Source: Candidatus Micrarchaeota archaeon
GTDB lineage: Archaea; Micrarchaeota; Micrarchaeia; Burarchaeales; Fermentimicrarchaeaceae
Reading direction: 5' to 3'
DNA: 52,510 bases
Assembly: GCA_013425335.1 (NCBI GenBank)
Contig: JACCLG010000046.1
Coordinates: 1-52,510 of the forward strand
Shown: in pieces, positions 46,424 through 52,510 of the stretch
How the letters are laid out: each line of letters starts with the position of its first letter
Position numbering within the stretch: position 1 is the first letter of the stretch
Translations under genes and position numbers: made by a program
The notes under the pieces: model-generated
The model's database searches: none
Told to the model about the DNA's origin: nothing
Seen by the model: the letters and a program-made list of their open reading frames with translations, nothing else

Positions 46424-47095
46424 ATGATTAAAATGAAGCAAACAAGCGCCGCTGTGAGAGAGGCTGTAGGGCGGCATCCGCTCATACGGAGAGCAATGGC
46501 TGCGCGAATCCTCAACTACTCGGCCGCCGCGCGCGCCATCCGGAAAGAGGTGGAATCGCTTGTCGGCAGGGATGCCGAAGCATCCGCGATTGTATCCGCC
46601 CTCGCAAGGATGGAATCTGAAGACGCGCCAAGGGCAGAGAAGTTAGAGATCCGCCAGCTGCTTCTCAAGTCGGGCCTGTCGGATATCGCGCTCAGGAGGA
46701 ACGAAAGGACGATAACTCTTGTAGAATCTACCCGACAAAAGACCGATTTCGGCGCCGGCGAGACTCTGATAGAAACACTTGGGGACCACGAGATAAACGT
46801 GGTTACAGAAGAACGGATTGCAGGGGAGCTGCTCAGGAATGTGTCGGAAAAAGATGTCCTCAGACATTATGAGCGAGTGTGCGAGCTGTGCATTTACATA
46901 ACTGAGAACATGTCGAGAGTACCAGGCGTTTTCGCCGCCATAACGCTCCACCTGGCGGCAAACGACATAAACGTTCTCGAATGCTTCTCAACACTCACTG
47001 AGTTCTCTGTCGTCGTCGAGCAGGAGGATGCCCAGCGAGCTTATGCCGCCCTGCAGGAGCTCGTCGCTGAGTCTTCGAAGGCGAGAAAACGATGA
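46424..47095 (+). CDS. HTH plus ACT-domain amino-acid-sensing regulator
   Basis: ILNYSAAARAI...AIVSALAR; VPGVFA.I...LA..DINVLE..ST.TE. Confidence 0.75.
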   Translation: MIKMKQTSAAVREAVGRHPLIRRAMAARILNYSAAARAIRKEVESLVGRDAEASAIVSALARMESEDAPRAEKLEIRQLLLKSGLSDIALRRNERTITLVESTRQKTDFGAGETLIETLGDHEINVVTEERIAGELLRNVSEKDVLRHYERVCELCIYITENMSRVPGVFAAITLHLAANDINVLECFSTLTEFSVVVEQEDAQRAYAALQELVAESSKARKR

Positions 47096-47225
47096 GGTTT
47101 TTCTGCGGGGGGTGCCAGTCGATTCGCCGATTTCTCGGTCGGAGCAAATAGTTTAATATTTAACAAGCTAAATAGTACTCAGGAAAGTGTGCCTTGTGAC
47201 TGAGGTTATCAACGCGATAAGGTCT

Positions 47226-47287
47226 ACAGCGTCCGAGGCAAAACGAATTCTACGACGTAAAATTAGACTAATTTAAGATTGTTTTGG
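47226..47287. repeat. Copy B of sRNA 3' end plus junction site
   Basis: ACAGCGTCCGAGGC...TACGAcGTAAAATTAGACTAATTTAAGATTGTTTTGG. Confidence 0.85.
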
Positions 47288-47299
47288 CTTGAGAATTAC

Positions 47300-47836
47300 T
47301 TAAAGCATCTTTGTATAAAGATACTCCGTTTTTTTGAATCCAACGTGCTCAAGCAAGGCTTGCATTGCAGTCTCTCTTGTGCTGCAGTATGCGGATGCTA
47401 CCCCTTCAGTTTTGCACTCCTCAAGCACTATCTCTAGGGCCTTGCTGCCTATCCTATTCCGCTTTAGCTCTGGTTTCTCTCCGAGCTCGTTTTTCTCCTC
47501 TCCCTTTTTCCCAACTGGGTAGAAGTCTTCAATCATAACAGTCCTATCATCGTCTTTCAAGCCGCAGCCGGTAAAGATATCATGCAGCCTAGAGGCTCGG
47601 AGATCGCCAATCCTCCTGTGCCGCACAGTTACGTACCCTATCTTCTCTTCCTCATCAGAGCCCGGTCGCGTCAGGAAAACATCATATTTTGCTTCTCTCC
47701 TTTCCCAATTCTCCGCATCACTCCGCCCGAAGAAAGCGTTTCTAGTTATCATCAGAGGACTCTCGGCAACTCTCAACTGTATGGTTCCAGCTTTCGTTTC
47801 CTTCTTTTCCATTGGTTCTTCCTTAACCCAAGCCAT
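47300..47836 (-). CDS. GNAT-like acetyltransferase
   Basis: LKRNRIGSKALE...AMQALLEHVGF resembles GNAT motifs A and B. Confidence 0.55.
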   Translation of the reverse strand: MAWVKEEPMEKKETKAGTIQLRVAESPLMITRNAFFGRSDAENWERREAKYDVFLTRPGSDEEEKIGYVTVRHRRIGDLRASRLHDIFTGCGLKDDDRTVMIEDFYPVGKKGEEKNELGEKPELKRNRIGSKALEIVLEECKTEGVASAYCSTRETAMQALLEHVGFKKTEYLYTKML

Positions 47837-47870
47837 GCCTAAATTATGCCTCTTTTGATATTTAAGCTTG

Positions 47871-47932
47871 ACAGCGTCCGAGGCGAAACGACTTTTACGA
47901 AGTAAAATTAGACTAATTTAAGCTTGCTTTGG
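47871..47932. repeat. Copy C of sRNA 3' end plus junction site
   Basis: ACAGCGTCCGAGGC...TACGAaGTAAAATTAGACTAATTTAAGCTTGCTTTGG. Confidence 0.85.
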
Positions 47933-47992
47933 GGCAGGCGGGAGGTGGAATTATGATTATTGCTCCCGGACCTGTTACGCACCTTCTTCCTC

Positions 47993-48166
47993 TTATAATC
48001 CCAGCTTTACCAATAAGCTCTTTTGGTAGTCCTTGCCTATTTTCTTATTAACTCGTTCTATATTCTCATCAAAGCAATTCCTACACAGAAAAAATGTAGC
48101 ACTTGAACTAACTTTCCTATCCTCAATACGGCAACTTGCTTCCTTTCCACACTCATAACATTTCAT
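47993..48166 (-). CDS. 57-aa zinc-finger microprotein (MKCYECGKEA...LCRNCF)
   Basis: Two CxxC pairs; GGGGGTGA SD; below the ORF-track cutoff. Confidence 0.65.
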   Translation of the reverse strand: MKCYECGKEASCRIEDRKVSSSATFFLCRNCFDENIERVNKKIGKDYQKSLLVKLGL

Positions 48167-48350
48167 CTATCTCACCCCCTCTTCATCTAAATCCTTAATT
48201 CTATCTAACTCGCCTAACAACTCTCCCATTCACCCACCCAGAAGTAGTTAGCATTCTGAGTATACTAAGATTGCTTTGGCTTCTTTTTCTTCTCTGCATT
48301 TTTCTCAATTTATCATAAGTCCAAACGATGAAGCAAGAAATAGGGCATAG

Positions 48351-48440
48351 TTACCTACGTCTCCCACCAAACCTCCTACTTTCCGCTCTTTTCGCTCGTT
48401 TCTCCATCCTTCTTTTTCTTTGTTTGGAAAAGCAACTCAT
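48351..48440 (-). CDS. 29-aa arginine/lysine-rich microprotein
   Basis: MSCFSKQRKRRMEKRAKRAESRRFGGRRR; GGTGAT SD. Confidence 0.45.
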   Translation of the reverse strand: MSCFSKQRKRRMEKRAKRAESRRFGGRRR

Positions 48441-48473
48441 TATATCACCACATAATAATTTGAACTGAGAGTA

Positions 48474-49082
48474 TTAAGCTTGCTTTGACTTCTCAGCAAT
48501 AAAGACCCAGTCATTTTTACTGCGTCCCTCACCAAGTGAAATGATTTTGGATAATCTATCATCAAGTAAAATGAATCCAGCATTTTTGAGTCGGTTTCTC
48601 ACTTCTTCTACCTCCTTGTCAGTGAATAAGCTTTCAAGTACCGCAACCCCATTAGGTTTGAGAGCTCTATATATCTCATTTATCATTGTTTTTTGTTCAT
48701 CTCTCCCGAATTGTAGGTCCAATACAAAATGACAAGTCGCTGCATCAAAGGTCCTATCTTTGACTGGGATTTTATTCCCTTCCCCTAAAAGGAGATGTAT
48801 ATTTTCAATCTTCCCAGCTTTAATTTTGTTTTTTAATATCCCAAGCGATACTTCAGAAAAATCCACACCAGTAACATCAAAACCTTCCTTTGCTAGGAAA
48901 ATTGAGTTTCTACCGCCTCCGCAACCAATATCAATTACATTTCTGACTCCGTGTTCCTTAAGAAGAGAGATAAGTTCTGCACCAGTTTTTCTTGGTGGCC
49001 TTTCAGCTTGATCTTTAGCATATTTAACCCATTCTGAGGACTCACGCATGAATTTATCTTTTTCAAGGACTTTTAGAGCCAT
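48474..49082 (-). CDS. Class I SAM-dependent methyltransferase
   Basis: VIDIGCGGGRN, VTGVDFS, TFDA, RALKPNG. Confidence 0.9.
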   Translation of the reverse strand: MALKVLEKDKFMRESSEWVKYAKDQAERPPRKTGAELISLLKEHGVRNVIDIGCGGGRNSIFLAKEGFDVTGVDFSEVSLGILKNKIKAGKIENIHLLLGEGNKIPVKDRTFDAATCHFVLDLQFGRDEQKTMINEIYRALKPNGVAVLESLFTDKEVEEVRNRLKNAGFILLDDRLSKIISLGEGRSKNDWVFIAEKSKQA

Positions 49083-49184
49083 GCTTATATTATATCAGTT
49101 TTGCTATTTAAACCCCAAAGAAACCGAGTCTGCTTCATTTAAACTTTTAAGAAAAGTTTAATCAAAATAACCCTGTTGAAAAAG

Positions 49185-50222
49185 TCACCGGGAAACATCC
49201 TCCCAGGCATTCTTTATAGCGTTGTAAAACTTCTTCGCATAAGCCCGGCCAGCAGTCAGGAAATCCTCAAGAGCGCTGGAGAACCTCTTCTCTGAGAGAT
49301 AAAGAATGCCCCTCGCCATATGAACTGAAATGAAATCCGGGTTCAGCTCAAGAGCCTTGGTGTAGTCTTCAATAGCCTTCCTGTATTCGTATTTTCGTTT
49401 GTAAGAATCCCCGAGCTGGCCTTTCCGGGAGTAAGCATTCGCCCTGTTCGCATATACATCGGCATCATTCGGATTCTGCTGGATAGACATTGTATACTCA
49501 AAGATGGCGCCGTCATAGTCCCATTCACGGGCACAAGCAAGACCTTTAGAAGCATAGGCAATCGCGTCAATGACCCTCGGGTCGGAAGTTTCGGAGTATA
49601 CCCTGGGGTATATCTTGTGTAGCTCCTTAAGAGGGTAATACGCTGCAAAATCCTTAACGGTTGTCTCGAAGTAGAAATCCTCCGTAGCGACAAGTGCATG
49701 GCTAGGGACTATGACCATCTTGACCGGTATGCCCAGCTCCTTTGCGACATCAAAGACAAGCGTGGAGGAATTATCGCAGTCCCACAAATTCTTGTCAAGC
49801 GACTCAGACAGCAAGCCGAACTTGTTAGTTCCATAGCTCATATTGACATTGCCGTAGATTACACCCCAAACCCCAGTTATGAAGTCCTCCTGCATCTGCT
49901 TCTTGCCTTTTTCTGAAAGCCCCTCGTAACCTGCAATCTCATCCTTGAGTATGTCCGCAATGGAGCCGACCAGATTGAGGTACTGCTTCACGTATGTTTC
50001 ACGCTTGCTATGAAAACCGAACCCCAGCTCTATATTAATCCTCATTTCCCCGGCATATTCATTAGTTCCGAAGCGCATTTTGTGCTGAGGCGCTTCCTTC
50101 ATCCTGACTTCCAGAAATGGGGCTACAGAAGGTTTTTCCTCCTTCTCACCCCTTCTGAATAAATCCCTGAATCTATGCAGGGGTGACTCCTCTTCTGGCT
50201 TTTTTGCAGTAGCTTCTACCAT
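49185..50222 (-). CDS. Transglutaminase-like domain plus TPR repeat protein
   Basis: WDCDNSS...VPSHALV...FETT (Cys-His-Glu); TPRs AIFEYT..I..NP, AIEDYTKALELNP. Confidence 0.7.
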   Translation of the reverse strand: MVEATAKKPEEESPLHRFRDLFRRGEKEEKPSVAPFLEVRMKEAPQHKMRFGTNEYAGEMRINIELGFGFHSKRETYVKQYLNLVGSIADILKDEIAGYEGLSEKGKKQMQEDFITGVWGVIYGNVNMSYGTNKFGLLSESLDKNLWDCDNSSTLVFDVAKELGIPVKMVIVPSHALVATEDFYFETTVKDFAAYYPLKELHKIYPRVYSETSDPRVIDAIAYASKGLACAREWDYDGAIFEYTMSIQQNPNDADVYANRANAYSRKGQLGDSYKRKYEYRKAIEDYTKALELNPDFISVHMARGILYLSEKRFSSALEDFLTAGRAYAKKFYNAIKNAWEDVSR

Positions 50223-50286
50223 AACAAACTCTGATTATTGCTCATTTTCCCTTTTTTAAGCTTCTTAGAGATAGCTCCCAATCCGA

Positions 50287-51255
50287 CTACTCTTTAATGA
50301 TTTTTTTAGCAACTTTCTGAAATTCGTCAGCCGCATCTTTCTTTTCTTTCTCGATTTTCTCCAGCTCATTAAGGATTTCCCAGAACCTCTTGCTTTTTAT
50401 GAGCGATTGGAAACTATCCTTAAAAGTTTTCTCGCATTCTCCAATTAGCTCTTCCCCAACCTCGCCTGTTTTGGTGAAAGCCGCAACAAAAAAAGGCTGA
50501 TTCTCCACAGCATTCCCGCTGTAATCACTCCAAAGTTTCATAACATCGCGGTTGAGCTTAAATTTCTCTACATTTCTCACTTCCAGTGGAATCCCTCTCA
50601 TTTCCTCAACCGGATACGCGGAAATCGCCCTGGCAAACCCTCCGATTACCAGCACGCCGTCTTGCTTCAGTAGTTTTGTCGCCTCGAGAATATTGAGCTT
50701 ATCGGTTGATGACATCATGGCGTTGAGAAGTACATGAATCTTAAACTCTTCTGACTCCCTGATTTTTCCGAACTCTTTCACGCTAAATCCCTTTTCAAAA
50801 GATTTGCCGTACTTTGCAAAGAAACGGTAATAAAAGCCCACAACCGCATTTGGCGAATTCAGCAGAACAGCTGCATCCGCACCAGCAACCGGCACACTTG
50901 ACATATCACCGATAACCCTGAACTTCTCGCCTTTTCCCTCTTTATCAAGGCGATGGAAATCCTTGGATTTCCCAAGCTGCTCCCTGCTCAAATCAACAAC
51001 AACATAATTGAATTCCTTCTTTGCTACCTTCTCAACAACATCTTTAAGTCTTCCTCGTCCACCTGCTATATCGACAATTGTGATTGGTTCTTTACTTTCA
51101 TTAATCATCTCCGCGAGCCCTGAGACTGAAACTGCTTTCTCATAAAACTTATCCATAAGGGGGCTGCTCGAAACCTTCTCATGGAATGAGGTAGGGTAAA
51201 AATTCTGGAACCTTGCCAGGACCTTACCTTCTTCTGGTTCGAGTAACCTGTACAT
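50287..51255 (-). CDS. Class I SAM-dependent methyltransferase-like protein
   Basis: IVDIAGGRG, VVVDLS..QL, IGDM, LLKQDGVL. Confidence 0.65.
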   Translation of the reverse strand: MYRLLEPEEGKVLARFQNFYPTSFHEKVSSSPLMDKFYEKAVSVSGLAEMINESKEPITIVDIAGGRGRLKDVVEKVAKKEFNYVVVDLSREQLGKSKDFHRLDKEGKGEKFRVIGDMSSVPVAGADAAVLLNSPNAVVGFYYRFFAKYGKSFEKGFSVKEFGKIRESEEFKIHVLLNAMMSSTDKLNILEATKLLKQDGVLVIGGFARAISAYPVEEMRGIPLEVRNVEKFKLNRDVMKLWSDYSGNAVENQPFFVAAFTKTGEVGEELIGECEKTFKDSFQSLIKSKRFWEILNELEKIEKEKKDAADEFQKVAKKIIKE

Positions 51256-51459
51256 GCCTAAATTATGCCTCTTTTTCTATTTAAGCTTGCTTTGTTTTTT
51301 TTATTTTTGAATGAGTACTTAAGTCCACTAGAGATAGCTTATCGGTTATGTAACCATGGTTACATCTCTCTCAGGCACTTTTTGAGGTTCTTATAGCAGG
51401 AAGTATTATAAATATATACTTATATAAACTTATACACATAAAGCTCGTATGGTGATAGG

Positions 51460-51744
51460 ATGACAACCCTTTCAAAAACCCTTTACAGGGATGATGTGCT
51501 GCATTACCCTAATTTGAAAACCGTTCTATTGGTGGAGGATTTGCTGAAAAACGCAGATAAAGCAATCTCCAGGGAAGAGATAAAGAGAATCCTGGGAGGC
51601 AGGGTCATGCACCAGACGCTCAATGTGATACTGAAATACCTGGAATACAGCGGAAAGATAGTTGTCAGCAGAAAAGGAATCGTCTGGATATACAACCCAA
51701 GCAGGAAGCTGGCGGAAGCAATAGAAAAAGGAGTGGAACATTGA
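51460..51744 (+). CDS. Winged-helix antitoxin-like protein
   Basis: YPNLKTVLLVE...L..LE.SGKI; TTGA overlap with the toxin. Confidence 0.65.
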   Translation: MTTLSKTLYRDDVLHYPNLKTVLLVEDLLKNADKAISREEIKRILGGRVMHQTLNVILKYLEYSGKIVVSRKGIVWIYNPSRKLAEAIEKGVEH

Positions 51745-52109
51745 GGCAGGTTAGGGTTATTTTTGAAGCGGAAACCGACAAGGCTTACAGGGAATTGGTT
51801 AAAATTGCTGCCGAGGAAAAGAGAAACGGGCTGGAGAACTCTGACAACCAGAGACTTCTAAAGTCAATAGACAACAAGGTGGAAAGACTGAAACTGGACC
51901 CGACTGCAGGGGATCAGCTGCCTGCCAGGCTATTCCCAAAAGAATATGCGGAGAAATACAAGATAAACAACCTGTGGAAGATAGACCTGGTGGATTTCTG
52001 GAGGATGCTGTATACGCTGAGGGGAGACAGGGTCGAAGTGGTCTGTCTTATACTCGGGTACATGTCCCATCCGGAATATGACAAGAAGTTTGGGTACAGG
52101 AAGAAGTGA
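51741..52109 (+). CDS. RelE-like toxin
   Basis: LK.DP..G....P.......NLWK.DL..FWRMLYTL......H.EY.K.FGY. Confidence 0.7.
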   Translation: MRQVRVIFEAETDKAYRELVKIAAEEKRNGLENSDNQRLLKSIDNKVERLKLDPTAGDQLPARLFPKEYAEKYKINNLWKIDLVDFWRMLYTLRGDRVEVVCLILGYMSHPEYDKKFGYRKK

Positions 52110-52188
52110 TTGAATCAATGACTAATGCTCCCAAGAGTTTCAATTCAAAAGGTCTTTGTAACCATGGTTACATTCTGCTCTGCTGTAT

Positions 52189-52510
52189 CTACCTTCGCCT
52201 ATGTTTCCAGTTGCGCGAGCCTTTTCCCCCAGACCTCTTTTGGCGTTTGCCCTTCCATCCGGCCACCTCGAAGTCTATGAACCCCTTGTTCGGATTCAGG
52301 TTTATGAGCCTCACCATCACCTTCTGGCCCACCCGGAGGCCTCTCACTCCGCGCATCACGCGTCCTTCAGCCGGCGGTGCAATGAGCCGCACGTATGTGC
52401 CATGGTCAGAGACTCCTGTGACTATGCTGTTGAATGACTGGCCTATCTTTCCTGAAAGGACGAATGCCGCCTCAGCCTTCTCCATGAACCTTTCCACCTT
52501 CTTTGATGCC
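52189..52510 (-). CDS. RNB/RNase R-family ribonuclease, C-terminal S1 part (truncated by window edge)
   Basis: KVER....AA.....IGQSF..IVTG....GTYVRL..PPAEGR...G.IDF plus basic tail. Confidence 0.75.
   Translation of the reverse strand, partial: ASKKVERFMEKAEAAFVLSGKIGQSFNSIVTGVSDHGTYVRLIAPPAEGRVMRGVRGLRVGQKVMVRLINLNPNKGFIDFEVAGWKGKRQKRSGGKGSRNWKHRRR

Larger units (their letters stand above)
51348..52173. repeat. Palindrome TGTAACCATGGTTACA at 51349-51364 and 52157-52172, flanking a TA module
   Basis: Identical 17-bp repeats, each a perfect 16-bp palindrome. Confidence 0.9.

Noticed and set aside
44585-47932. TIGR array
   Set aside because: Only one complete C/D unit with 12-nt guides, copies are not tandem, and no Nop-domain Tas gene is present.
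1-52510. CRISPR array or cas genes
   Set aside because: No regularly spaced 25-40 bp repeats and no Cas motifs seen.

Overview
Archaeal chromosomal segment, most consistent with a DPANN archaeon such as Micrarchaeota. Archaeal origin rests on S8e, Cgi121, archease, ApgM, CTP-dependent RibK, short XPF, tRNA-Gln with A1-U72 and no CCA, and TATA/GGTGA signals; the DPANN assignment is inference. Left end (1-3.6 kb): remnant of an integrative element with a tyrosine integrase, a reversed AbiEii/AbiEi pair and a palindromic core site. Next come cspA, a trimeric [FeFe]-hydrogenase (HydC-HydB-HydA, with non-bifurcating signatures), a type IV pilus locus with adhesin-like surface proteins, winged-helix repeat proteins plus SMC, and a housekeeping block. 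Right end (42.4-52.5 kb): a variable cargo region centred on a box C/D sRNA. The sRNA 3' end and a TTAAG-centred pseudo-palindromic site recur at gene junctions and resemble the site next to the integrase, suggesting an integron-like cassette array. One cassette holds an unannotated 15-aa peptide gene with a HemN-like radical SAM enzyme (candidate minimal archaeal RiPP system). All calls come from reading motifs by eye; no searches were run.
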